IMG/VR virus record: IMGVR_UViG_3300037067_016944 | From: an uncultured virus (IMG/VR IMGVR_UViG_3300037067_016944) | Taxonomy: Duplodnaviria > Heunggongvirae > Uroviricota > Caudoviricetes | Direction: 5' to 3' (one strand) | Length of the DNA: 64,000 bases | Shown here: one piece after another, positions 40,766-51,084 of the stretch | Layout: each line of letters opens with the position of its first letter | Numbering within the stretch: position 1 is the first letter of the stretch | Program-made: the position numbers and the translations under genes | Notes under the pieces: generated by a model | What the model was told of the DNA's origin: nothing | Database searches by the model: none | What the model saw: only the letters and a program-made list of their open reading frames with translations

Positions 40766-41586
40766 TATTTTCTGCATTGCGAGCAATTAGCGCACAGAGC
40801 GAGTTTTGCTTGCTGTGATTTTATATGCCGATCTCTGATCGCATTGTATTCTAAGCTGTGCCAGATCTCTTCAATAGTTTGCTGATAAACGTTGCCGAGA
40901 CAATATTGACCATGAACGTCAGCATGGCACTGTGCTACTCTTCCATCGACTAATATTGTAAATGTTCTCCATAGTCTATTACATTTGATGAATTTCCCAG
41001 CAGTTTTCTTGCCGTGTTGTCCGCCCCAGTTGTGTTTAGGGCCGAGTGCGAATTCAACGGGGAAATCTATTAATGTAGTCGCACTATGGTTCGTGCAACA
41101 TGTTACGTATATCTGCGTTCTCGACTTCATCGAGTCGCGCGTCCTTATCAGCCCTTTGATGTTATTTGCTACTTCTGACCATTTTAACGGTTGTCTGATC
41201 GATTCGAATTCTTCCGGCGTAGATCCATCTACACTTATCTTGATCTCATCTATACCACTATTTAAGAGCCCTTGTGCTCTATCTGAGGTAAGTAGTGACC
41301 CATTAGTGAAGATTTTTGTATAAACGCGGCATTTCTGCTTTATAAGCCTTATCCTATCTTCTAAATTAGCGTCGAGAAGTGGCTCGCCGAAGTTGTGTAA
41401 GTGTACCTCTGATAGCCTATTTTTAGAGCACTCGTCGATTATCTTCTCAAATAAGTCGTCCGGCATAATGTGCACGGGGCGTAGCATTGTGTTGTGGGGG
41501 CACATAACGCAATGAGCATTACATGCATTGGTAGTTTCAATTCGTACGACCGGTGGAAATTTTGCCATAATGCTACCAGCATACAT
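40762..41586 (-). CDS. radical SAM / SPASM-domain protein
   Basis: CNAHCVMC, GEPLL, TNG, C-terminal Cys cluster. Confidence 0.9.
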   Translation of the reverse strand: MYAGSIMAKFPPVVRIETTNACNAHCVMCPHNTMLRPVHIMPDDLFEKIIDECSKNRLSEVHLHNFGEPLLDANLEDRIRLIKQKCRVYTKIFTNGSLLTSDRAQGLLNSGIDEIKISVDGSTPEEFESIRQPLKWSEVANNIKGLIRTRDSMKSRTQIYVTCCTNHSATTLIDFPVEFALGPKHNWGGQHGKKTAGKFIKCNRLWRTFTILVDGRVAQCHADVHGQYCLGNVYQQTIEEIWHSLEYNAIRDRHIKSQQAKLALCANCSQCRKY

Positions 41587-41625
41587 ACTTCGCCGACCAA
41601 AGATAAAAAGGAAGGAGATATCGCC

Positions 41626-41871
41626 ATGCTTAAGATCTTGATTGCGATGTATGTTGGTGGCTGGGCAGCTAGTGCCTCGCCTTTCTATGCAACGACCAAG
41701 GCGGCAAATCCAAATCAGCCGATTAGAAATGCTTTCAAGGCATTTGGTTTGTCGGCTGCGTGGATTGTCTCAATCATACCTATAATGGTGATTTTCATCA
41801 AGGACTTGATTGAGAGATTCAAACCGAAAACAACCACGACAACAACAGAGACAACCGCAACGAAGACGTAA
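41626..41871 (+). CDS. small membrane protein with Thr-rich tail
   Basis: AAGGAG RBS; two hydrophobic segments. Confidence 0.7.
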   Translation: MLKILIAMYVGGWAASASPFYATTKAANPNQPIRNAFKAFGLSAAWIVSIIPIMVIFIKDLIERFKPKTTTTTTETTATKT

Positions 41872-41888
41872 GACCCTAGGAGGTAATT

Positions 41889-42053
41889 ATGACAACATTT
41901 CTTGCTAAATAGTGGCTGATTGCGATAATCGTTTATATCGCATTAGCCGTGATTATGGGGGTTTACCTCCATAACACCAGTGCAGAGCGGCCCATTATCG
42001 GTGGCATCTTGTGGCCGATTAGGTTGATCAAATTGCCGCTTGGCGGAGGATAA
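41889..42053 (+). pseudogene. small membrane-protein ORF interrupted by in-frame TAG at codon 8
   Basis: GGAGG RBS; MTTFLAK*WLIAIIVYIALAVIMGVYLH...ILWPIRLIKLPLGGG. Confidence 0.5.
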
Positions 42054-42214
42054 CTCTAGCCGCAGCCGATCGATCTCAGCGAGAGCCATCTTAAACGCCT
42101 CTAGGATTTCTGTTTCCACGGTAAGACGAATAAATTCCCGAAAAGGTTGCTTCTCGTTATCTGTTTCAACTAGTCGGCATCGCCACATCTGCTCGAATTC
42201 TGGCGTCCATTCTG

Positions 42215-42529
42215 TCACAATAATGCTCCAATCAATGCCGTAAAGCTGTTGTTGCCTATTACTATCTTGTCACCATGCCGTAATGGCATATTATTATGGA
42301 CGCGCTGCCCATTGATGATTGTGCCCATCTGCGTACCTAAATCCCAAATCATAAACCCATCGATATCTCTGTCGATCATACATTGATAGTGACCTATAGA
42401 GGAGTCGTCTAAGCTAACGGTGTCGCCGTTGGTACCACGACCAATAATTACAGGAAATTGATGAAGTTTGATAGACTTAATTGGCGATGACAATTCTAAC
42501 ATATAGCTCCTGTTGATGTCATTTCTCAA
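42215..42529 (-). CDS. FHA domain protein
   Basis: IIGRG, WDLGT..GT.ING, L.HGD.I.IG. Confidence 0.8.
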   Translation of the reverse strand: MRNDINRSYMLELSSPIKSIKLHQFPVIIGRGTNGDTVSLDDSSIGHYQCMIDRDIDGFMIWDLGTQMGTIINGQRVHNNMPLRHGDKIVIGNNSFTALIGALL

Positions 42530-42704
42530 ATACCTGCTATAGATGTATTTGAGTCATATAATTTATGAATATGGTCCTTCTCACCAGCATAGACGAAATT
42601 ATGACCTGCTATCTAAGCGGGTTCAAGCTCAATGAGGAAGCTCAGCAATTGTGTACCAGAATACTCAACGGCACACAACAACTCCCAGTCAAGATTGTGG
42701 ATGA

Positions 42705-43811
42705 ATGGCCTGTCGATTGGCTAAGGTCACCAAATACCAGAAGCGTAGCCAGCTTTGGTTCAGCATGAAGACCGATCAAGGTAATAAAATCGATGAATCG
42801 ATCAAGATTCGATTCAACGATGGCGGACACGCTCAAGTTTCTGGCGGGATTTCTTGGGAGATTCCTATGGCCGACGACAAACTGACCGATATTCACACGA
42901 AATTCGGCAGTCAAATCGCCCTGGAGCAGCAATTGGTCAGAACCATCATCGAAAAATCCATCTATATGACCGGCCCTCTCATGAGCAGCCAAGAGTCATA
43001 TGCTTCGAGACGCAACGAATTGCTCTACCTGATTGAGGATCAAATCCAGCATGGTATCTGCCTGACAAAGACCACTCAAGAGAAAACCAAGGACCCGATC
43101 ACTGGTGCTGAGAAGACCGTAGCGCTTGTCTCTTTGGTTACTGATAAGGAAGGTAAACCAAAACGCGCCGAAGTTTCTCCGCTGACCGAGTTCGGTGTCA
43201 AGGCTTTTAATCTGTCGATTAACGAAGTCAAGTACGATGAGCAGGTTGAAGGTCAGATTCAGCAACAACAGAAGGCCACAATGCAAGTTCAAATTGCTAT
43301 GGCTAACTCGAAGGAAGCTGAACAAAGAGCGTTGACTACAGTAAAGCAGGGCGAAGCCGATGCCGCCAAGGCTGAATGGGAACAAAAGACCATTGCGGCC
43401 AAGGCTATCGAGCTCGCCAATCAGGAAAAGAAGGTTGCTGAAACCTTAGCTCAACAGAAATTGGCTGTTGCAGAATTGGACGCAAAGGCTGCCGCCCAAT
43501 TCAAAATGGCTGAAACTCTTCGCGGTGAAGGCGAGGCTGCTCGTCGTAAGCTTGTGATGGAAGCTGACGGTGCCTTGGAGAAGAAACTCGAAGCTTACAC
43601 CACAGTCAACAGATACTTTGCTGATGCAATCGCCAAACACGAGGGCGCATGGGTTCCTACCATCGTCATGGGCGGCAGCAACGGTCAAGCCGGAATTGGT
43701 GCGGTTGATCTAATCAGCCTTATAACGGCGAAAGCCGCTAGGGACTTGTCGCTCGACATGAATCCGAAGGCTACCAAGCACAGTCCTCAACCGACTCCCG
43801 CTCCTCAGTAG
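42705..43811 (+). CDS. SPFH/band-7 family protein, apparently lacking the N-terminal membrane anchor
   Basis: IRFNDGG, TGPLMSS.ES, AE-rich coiled coil, WVPTIVMG; start uncertain. Confidence 0.75.
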   Translation: MACRLAKVTKYQKRSQLWFSMKTDQGNKIDESIKIRFNDGGHAQVSGGISWEIPMADDKLTDIHTKFGSQIALEQQLVRTIIEKSIYMTGPLMSSQESYASRRNELLYLIEDQIQHGICLTKTTQEKTKDPITGAEKTVALVSLVTDKEGKPKRAEVSPLTEFGVKAFNLSINEVKYDEQVEGQIQQQQKATMQVQIAMANSKEAEQRALTTVKQGEADAAKAEWEQKTIAAKAIELANQEKKVAETLAQQKLAVAELDAKAAAQFKMAETLRGEGEAARRKLVMEADGALEKKLEAYTTVNRYFADAIAKHEGAWVPTIVMGGSNGQAGIGAVDLISLITAKAARDLSLDMNPKATKHSPQPTPAPQ

Positions 43812-43836
43812 TCATCAGGTTCTTCCGAAACCTCCG

Positions 43837-43868
43837 AACAGGCGGTCTTGGCAACGAGACCGCCTGTT
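43837..43868 (+). terminator. intrinsic terminator
   Basis: AACAGGCGGTCTTG-GCAA-CGAGACCGCCTGTT. Confidence 0.8.
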
Positions 43869-43915
43869 TGCGTAGATACTCCCAGCAAAGATATGTTGTA
43901 ATAGGGAGTATCTAT

Positions 43916-44665
43916 ATGTTGATGACAAGAACGCAGCAATCCGGTCGGTACAATCCGAAAGTCAGTTTCAACCGTGGTCTTACAGCGCAGACCGGATTCC
44001 TTCCTGAGGGCACTCAACTGCTCCAGGACGTCTGGCCGCTGAAAATCATCGATACCAAGCAGGTGATTGGAGAGGGTGTTCTTGGCGGAGCACCGATTAC
44101 ACGTGTCACCGGAATTTTCCAAGTAGCCGATGACCTGAATGCCAATGGCCGTGTTTATCCACGACCGGTTGTAAGGGAAGCGGTCGAAGCGATTCAAGAA
44201 GATTTGGCAAATCGATCTGTTTGGGGCGAATTCGATCACCCAGCTGATGCAAAAATCCATCTTGAACGAATCTCCCACCTTCTAACCAAGATATGGATGG
44301 AAGGTAAGAACGTTTATGGTGAAGCCGAAATTATCGATGATCTACCGTTCGGCCAGCAATTGAAGACGTTGCTCAAGCGTGGTCGTATCGGGATCTCTTC
44401 ACGCGGTATCGGCGATATGGATGTCCGTGACCAAGGTGGTCAAGAGACATACTACGTTACCGAAGGCTACAGATTCGTCACATGGGATGCTGTTGCCGAG
44501 CCTAGTGTCACCGGTGCTATCCTTCACATATGTGAAGGAAAACTCAAACCGCTTAACAGAACGCAAGGAAAAACATTCCAGAACGTTCCAAGTGGTGTTT
44601 TTACTGCTGAGACCTATCAGAAGCGTCTGGCTAAAGAGATTTCTGAGTACTTGTCTAAAAGATAA
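43916..44665 (+). CDS. prohead core protease, T4 gp21-like
   Basis: NANGRVYP, GEFDHP, ISH, GISSRGIG, WDAVAEPS. Confidence 0.92.
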   Translation: MLMTRTQQSGRYNPKVSFNRGLTAQTGFLPEGTQLLQDVWPLKIIDTKQVIGEGVLGGAPITRVTGIFQVADDLNANGRVYPRPVVREAVEAIQEDLANRSVWGEFDHPADAKIHLERISHLLTKIWMEGKNVYGEAEIIDDLPFGQQLKTLLKRGRIGISSRGIGDMDVRDQGGQETYYVTEGYRFVTWDAVAEPSVTGAILHICEGKLKPLNRTQGKTFQNVPSGVFTAETYQKRLAKEISEYLSKR

Positions 44666-44730
44666 ATAACAGCATTTGCTAACAAGTTTTTAGCCCTCTT
44701 GCACTTCGTATATAAAGCAAGGAGGCTAAT

Positions 44731-46101
44731 ATGATAAACTGGGATACTAGTAATTGTACTGAGCAGACTGTAAAGCTAAAAGACCGTGTTATAACTATAT
44801 GTGAGAAGTGCGGTGCTACTCGTTCTGTTTTATATGCCGTAGCAAAGCGAAGACAAACGCATTTATGCATGTCTTGTCTAAAAAGGAAAAACAGCCATTT
44901 GCAAGGTGATATGGTAACATATAAATGCATCGACTGTGGGCTTGAAAAGGACGGAAAATATGATAGCAGATATTACGGTCCTAGTTGGAGATGCCACCAT
45001 TGTGCAATGGTTTATGGGCACAAACTTGGAAAATTCAAAATAACAAATAATACACCGTCAGAAGACGGGAAAAAGCGTATATCTGATGCTGCCAGCAACT
45101 CATGGAAAAATCCTGAATATAGGCGAAAATGGCTAGACACAAGGACACTGAATGCTAAAAAACGATGGCAGAATCCAGAATATCGTGCTAAAATGGCAGC
45201 AGCAAGAGCTAGACAGTCTGGTAAAATTAGCTCAATACAACGTAGATTATATGAGTATTTATCAGACTTAAATGTGAAATTCTATGAAGAAGGCCCAAAT
45301 ACACAGATTGGCCCATATGTCTTTGATTGCTTAGCTGAACATAATGATCGACATATACTAATAGAGTGCCAAGGCAATTATTGGCATTCGTTGAAACGTC
45401 ATATTGACAATGACAAATCTAAATTCGCTTATACATCAAAATATTTCCCAGAATACGAAATAATGTATGTTTGGGAGCATGAGTTTGATACTCACGGGCG
45501 TGTTCTTGACAGATTGAAGATTAAGCTTGATATAGATATTGATTCGATCGATTTCGAGCTTGGCGATATAAAAATCAAACAGACAACACAAGCAGAAGTA
45601 AAAGAATTTCTTGACGCATACCATTATCTTGGCAGTAAGCGAAATGGCATTTGTTTTACTGCCTATTTTAGAGATGAAATAGTAGCATGTATCCTATTCA
45701 GCTATCCATTGAGACAGAATACTGCTGGTCAGTTCGGACTACAACACCGCAATGTTAGAGAACTTTCTCGTTTATGCATTCACCCATCTTATCACAAGAA
45801 AAATTTCGCCACTTGGTTTATGGCACGATGTTTAAAGAACATAGACTGTGATTTAGTTATTGCCTATGCTGATACGACAGTTGGGCATGATGGTACGATT
45901 TACAAAGCCGCCAATTTTCATCTACATCACACGGTCCCAGCAGACTACTGGTATATTGATAAAGATAATTTCGCCATACATAAACGCACTCTTTATGGTC
46001 GTGCTGTCAAAATGGGAATGAAAGAAGCTGAATTTGCTGAGAAATTCGGTTATTTAAAGAAATATGGAGGAGAGAAACTTTGTTTCATAAAAGAGTGCTA
46101 G
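44731..46101 (+). CDS. Hef-like endonuclease: Zn fingers, PD-(D/E)XK/Vsr-like nuclease and Mom-like GNAT domain
   Basis: CxxC pairs; FD...IECQGNYWH...VWEHE; ELSRL...AYAD..GHDGTIYKAANF; AT-rich. Confidence 0.75.
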   Translation: MINWDTSNCTEQTVKLKDRVITICEKCGATRSVLYAVAKRRQTHLCMSCLKRKNSHLQGDMVTYKCIDCGLEKDGKYDSRYYGPSWRCHHCAMVYGHKLGKFKITNNTPSEDGKKRISDAASNSWKNPEYRRKWLDTRTLNAKKRWQNPEYRAKMAAARARQSGKISSIQRRLYEYLSDLNVKFYEEGPNTQIGPYVFDCLAEHNDRHILIECQGNYWHSLKRHIDNDKSKFAYTSKYFPEYEIMYVWEHEFDTHGRVLDRLKIKLDIDIDSIDFELGDIKIKQTTQAEVKEFLDAYHYLGSKRNGICFTAYFRDEIVACILFSYPLRQNTAGQFGLQHRNVRELSRLCIHPSYHKKNFATWFMARCLKNIDCDLVIAYADTTVGHDGTIYKAANFHLHHTVPADYWYIDKDNFAIHKRTLYGRAVKMGMKEAEFAEKFGYLKKYGGEKLCFIKEC

Positions 46102-46150
46102 TATTTAAGATGTAGATACTGTATTTGTCTATCTAACCGAGGAGGCTGCT

Positions 46151-46429
46151 ATGTCGAAGCCATGCAAGGGTGATCCTGCTGTCGATGTCGCCTGGAATTC
46201 GTTTGTCAGTGAAGCTACGTCTTGGTCGAAGAAGCTTAAGAACATCTCACTGAAAGACCTCAGAAGATCTGCAAAGGTCCTGAAAAAGCTTGTGGCTGAT
46301 GTTGATGATAGTGTCATCGAGCGTATTCAACAAAGCCAGGGCGGGCAAAAAGGTGACCGTATCAAAAAGCAAACGTCTGAAAAAGTAGCACACCCACCAC
46401 GCAATCGCGTTAAATACTTCTGCTTATGA
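46151..46429 (+). CDS. hypothetical protein
   Basis: GGAGG RBS. Confidence 0.65.
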   Translation: MSKPCKGDPAVDVAWNSFVSEATSWSKKLKNISLKDLRRSAKVLKKLVADVDDSVIERIQQSQGGQKGDRIKKQTSEKVAHPPRNRVKYFCL

Positions 46430-47512
46430 AGTCTTATGGGATACAATTATTGTAGAGGCTGCGGCCACACACATAGCAAGCCTGGAATGGGTCGTATAAA
46501 GGACCCAGATGCTCCGTGGTGGGCTTTCTGGCGGACCGTCATCTGTCCTGAGTGTGGCGGCGACGGATTTGCGAAACCGCCAGGATGGCCTGATAAAGCA
46601 GAAATAGCTAGGCTAAGACCGCCACCGCCACAAGGTTCTAGGTCAGTTATTCCAGTGCCGCAAAATGCCAATCACTATGCATAGATTCGTGATGCTCTAC
46701 ATCATCACGATAACTGTTCTGACCGTCGCAATTACCAAATGCCTTTGCCCAGATACGCCATAACTTTTTCATAGTAAGAACGTAGTCGATCTATCAAAAT
46801 ATGACAGTAGCATTTATCTTTGCTTGCACCGCAGGCAGTGCAATAGATCTCGCATTCTGGCGGCTTAGGTTTTTCTGGCGGCTCGGCACCGCGTTCGCCA
46901 AAGGGCTTGCCACATCTTCGCCACCCAAAGTTGCTGGAACTTGGCAGTGGCAATATCGGCAGTTGATAATCTAAATAACAAGTAGCTTTCATAGCCCTAA
47001 TTCAGCAATTTGCTCTTTGACGCCGATGTCGTTGACCGCCACTTTATACGGTTTGCGGCCATCGATTTTGTCAGAATGGCATAGACGACATCGAGCATGT
47101 CCACAACCACATGGGTGTCTCTTTCGGAATTTGCCAAGAGGTTTTAGGAACTTGCCGCTGAACTCGTCAGTTCTATGCAGGGATGCAATCCAGACTTTCG
47201 ATTCACGCTGCATTATATGACGTTCTTCTTGCCAGCGTTTCATATCTGTGCTCCTTGCTCAGCTTTGAAAGTTCCTTGCGGCAGGTCTGCGAATTTACGG
47301 TGTCGTTTCCATGAATTGTGCATACTTCCAACTTGCACATCTGTTTTCATGGAATGGACTGCTCTAACGAGCCATTCGTCATCCCAACCGCCCTGCTTCT
47401 TTAGACGGATGACTAGACCAACCTGGGCGAACTTAGACGGAATCCACGAAACTTCTCTGCGGCCATCACTGTGGTGCTCTAGCTCGCACTGATGATAAGT
47501 TGTCGTGTTGAC

Positions 47513-47719
47513 TTACTCATCCTCTTCGTCATCGTCTTCGTCCCAATCCTCGTCGTCGTCGTCCCAGTCATCCTCCTCGTCGTATTCATCGTCATCGTAG
47601 TCGTCATCCTCGTCCGAATCGTCATCCTCGTCGTCGATATCCTCGTCGTCGAGTTCTTCGTCTTCGTCGAGGTCTTCGTCGAGTTCGTCGATCACGTTCA
47701 GTTGTCTTTCTGCAAACAT
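47513..47719 (-). CDS. extremely acidic Asp/Glu peptide
   Basis: GGAGG RBS; almost all D/E after residue 10. Confidence 0.7.
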   Translation of the reverse strand: MFAERQLNVIDELDEDLDEDEELDDEDIDDEDDDSDEDDDYDDDEYDEEDDWDDDDEDWDEDDDEEDE

Positions 47720-48757
47720 GGCGTACCCTCCGAATAGTGGTTAAAGACTAAAGTTTCATTAAAATACAATTACTTGCACCCGTCAATGTCTTTTAAGCGA
47801 GCACGAAGATTCTTTTCGGCTTCTTCCGGCGTTCTGCCCTCAGCGTTAACAATCCATCTTTTACCGGGCTCGGTGCGTTCCGCTATCGCACAAAACGGTA
47901 AGAATGGTGGCCAGCATCTCTGTTGAAATACTCTTATTTCCCAGTGGTGTTCAGCCATCGAGTTTCCAACTCTTCGAGTTCTTTGCGTGTTTTGACCCTA
48001 TCGAGGTCGAGGAGAAATTGCCCGAAATCGAGCACACGCATATCTTTTGCCTTGTCGGATTTCGCCCATTTTCGACGAATCTCCGCTTTTCTGCACGATA
48101 ATGTCTTCTCGGCTACCAGTTCCATATTATGCGATATCCTGCCTCATCTCAATATAAGAGGCTATCCGATTATATAATTGCTCCGCTCTCGTCGCCCCGA
48201 TTCCTGGTGGTAGATTGATGCCGTCGAGAAGCGTATGGCATTTAGTGATATATTCCAGTTCGGCCATGATTTTGTCGGCTGTCTCGCGATATGTTTCGGC
48301 ATCGGCCATAGCAATATTCCTTTGTCGTGGTTATTTGAGAGCGATAAGTTGCTTGAAAACCAAGATTAGTGGGTCGGTCGTCCTGTCATCCGGGACAATA
48401 GAGACAACCAGAAATATCTCTTTCTTCGTATTCGTGTAGAGATTAGCGTGGGAGGTCGTGTTGGCTGGTATTTTGACCGCCACCTCATCTGGGGGGATTA
48501 GCTTCGTGGCATCCGGCCAATTGATCTGCGTGATGAAGGATAATTTCTTATCCCGAGCCCACTGCATGAACTCTGTGTTGGTGAATGATTGCATGCTTCT
48601 CTCCGCGTTTCTCTGCGTTTCTCTGTGGCTCTGGCTTCGGACGCCTCGCTGTAGCTGACGGGCGAAAGAAGCCAAAGGAAATATATCGGAATGTGTTCGA
48701 GAGTTAAATACGTCGTCTTTAATTGCTTTATAGCATCGATTAACAAATTCTTTAACT

Positions 48758-48768
48758 TGTGCTATAAT
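48758..48768 (+). promoter_or_regulatory. TGTGCTATAAT extended -10 promoter, with a divergent variant at 48728-48739
   Basis: Motif sits at a strand-switch point. Confidence 0.6.
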
Positions 48769-48852
48769 CTAACAGGAGAGATTATAGCCTCTCGATGTAT
48801 TGGATAAGGAAGGGAAGAACAATTTCGAAAGTTTCAACAATTCAGGATTACG

Positions 48853-49134
48853 ATGAGCAGCACGAAAGCAAGAAAGACCGCAAAGCAACCCAAGGTCAGG
48901 ATCACTCCAAAGGTGAAATCGCCGATCACCCCTGAGAAGCAGGCGTATCTTGATCGCTGTGCAAAGCGGAAGCAGATATTAGCCAAGAAACAACGGCCTG
49001 TTGAGAAGGCCAGGACCTATATGCCCCCAGTAAAGGGCGAGGCACCGTTCGCCTATATGGTCGAAAGAGGACCAAAACAGAGCGAACAAGAACCGGAAGC
49101 CGTAGCAGAAGTCGAGCAGAATGGCACAGAATAA
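48853..49134 (+). CDS. basic hypothetical protein
   Basis: Lys-rich ORF following the promoter. Confidence 0.6.
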   Translation: MSSTKARKTAKQPKVRITPKVKSPITPEKQAYLDRCAKRKQILAKKQRPVEKARTYMPPVKGEAPFAYMVERGPKQSEQEPEAVAEVEQNGTE

Positions 49135-50292
49135 ATGGTACGTTACTGAGACGGCTTGCCATCCCAACTCGTGGAAGGTCGTCGACGACTATTATCGCCC
49201 AGATAACGCAGGGTGCAACTACTTTCCTACAGAGTGTAAGGCCCAGCATGAAGCTGACGAACGCAATGAGCGTGAAGCGGTATTCGATAAGGCTTTCGAC
49301 GCAGTAGCGGAGCAGTTCGATGCCAGTAGGCTATAAAACGTGCCCAGAATGTAAGCAGTCGATGCCTACCGGCAGAGCGACCTGTGTTAAGTGCGGGCAC
49401 GTTTTCTTTCATATCGTGAATGGCGTGAATCTATATGACCGCAAGCGTCCTTATATGGATCAATGCCCGCAATGTAAGCACTATTTATATATTAACATGT
49501 ACAGCAGGTGTGGTTGTGGAAACGATCTCAAAAAATTGCGAGACCAGTTGCGACAAACTAGAGGGCGTACGTTGCCCACGTTGCAGCAGTAAATTACGCA
49601 AACTACCTGACGGATCTATGTTGTGCTGGAAATGCGAATTACATCGCAAACCAGCGGATAGAATCCTCATCAGACCAGATACAAAATTCTGGATACTTAA
49701 GCGCAATCTTGGTCGTGTTCCACCTGGTAGTGAAGTCGAAGTCTGCACATGTAATGAACTATCCGGCGTCTTCGGAACATTCAAGGAAAAGATTGACTGG
49801 ACGCTGAAATCAAAAACCGGGTTCGTGATCGCTACTTCGCTAGATATTGACGACTTGGCGATTATGATTGTTGAAAACGAGTGGTATGTGCAAGGCCCGG
49901 AATCTTTACTCGCCACGTTGAGTTTGCTGACGGATGAAAAATGAAAGAACAACCATCGATTCAGCATCGAGAAAGTTTGGTGTCCTACGCTAAGGCTGCC
50001 GGTATTATTGTTCCTGCAAACTTGTACGACACATCTGATGGGTTCAGGCACTGGAATTTGTATTGCGATGTACAGATCGAACGTCCTATATCTTCTAGCG
50101 ATGCATTGCTGCATAATGCGAAAGTAGTCGCCGCTATTTCTGTTGAGCGGTTTGAATCGCCTGAACCTTTTGTATTCGAAGAAATCAGCAACATGCTGAA
50201 ATGATTCTTCTCACTTGCCGTGTGAATTCTCAGTTAAACTTTATAGTGTAGGTAAATCAATTAGACCAAATTGAATATTAACGGGACAATAC

Positions 50293-51084
50293 ATGGCACC
50301 TTCGAGCAAACACGACGACTGTCCATTCAAGGATATCGTATTCCCAGATAAATCAGTGGCAAACTCTGAATCAGACCATCGCATGGATACTCGCGTAGGC
50401 CGACTAGAGGGTGTCGTCGAATCGTTGACCAATGATATCAGGGAAGTATCGCAAAACATCAATGCTATAAGTAAGGAACTCGGTAATTTTAGAGAAACGA
50501 TCGGTAATGCGCTCTCAAGAATGCGCGATGAATCTGTTAACCAGCTTAATACAGTAACCGATCGTCTGACTAATGCGAGTAAGCCACAGTGGCAAACGAT
50601 TTCCGCTTTTGTGGCATTGGCAATTACGTTACTTGGTATGGCTGGTGCTGTTATTGGGTTGTTGATGTCTGGTCAAGCTCAAAGTATCGCAGATTTAAAG
50701 AATGACTCTAGTGTCATTGCCGAACGCATGTTTCAAAATCAATATGAAAAGGGCAAGTCTGATGCCTTTGCGGCTGAAACAAGCAGCCATTTAATGAAGC
50801 TGGATTCAACGTTGCAGAGAGAAATGACGTTGATGCAGCAAACGACTGATTCTAAGATAGCTGCAGTAGACAAAAACGTAAACGATTATATCAGCAAAGT
50901 TCAAGATGCATTAAAAGACTTCCGCGCTTGGCGGTTAGAACACGCGACGAAAGGTGCGGATTTAGATGCTACTCTAACAGCTAAACAGAATATGATTATT
51001 GAGCAACTACGTGCATTAGAGGGCAGGCTTGAGCGGACCGAAGAACGTCATAGACAAGACATTAAAGATGTGAATAAGAAGTAG
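50293..51084 (+). CDS. single-pass membrane coiled-coil protein
   Basis: Heptad repeats flanking a hydrophobic segment (AFVALAITLLGMAGAVIGLLM). Confidence 0.7.
   Translation: MAPSSKHDDCPFKDIVFPDKSVANSESDHRMDTRVGRLEGVVESLTNDIREVSQNINAISKELGNFRETIGNALSRMRDESVNQLNTVTDRLTNASKPQWQTISAFVALAITLLGMAGAVIGLLMSGQAQSIADLKNDSSVIAERMFQNQYEKGKSDAFAAETSSHLMKLDSTLQREMTLMQQTTDSKIAAVDKNVNDYISKVQDALKDFRAWRLEHATKGADLDATLTAKQNMIIEQLRALEGRLERTEERHRQDIKDVNKK

Noticed and set aside
47492..47737. Very hydrophobic plus-strand ORF as a membrane protein
   Set aside because: It is the antisense shadow of the GAC/GAG-rich acidic ORF, which has the RBS
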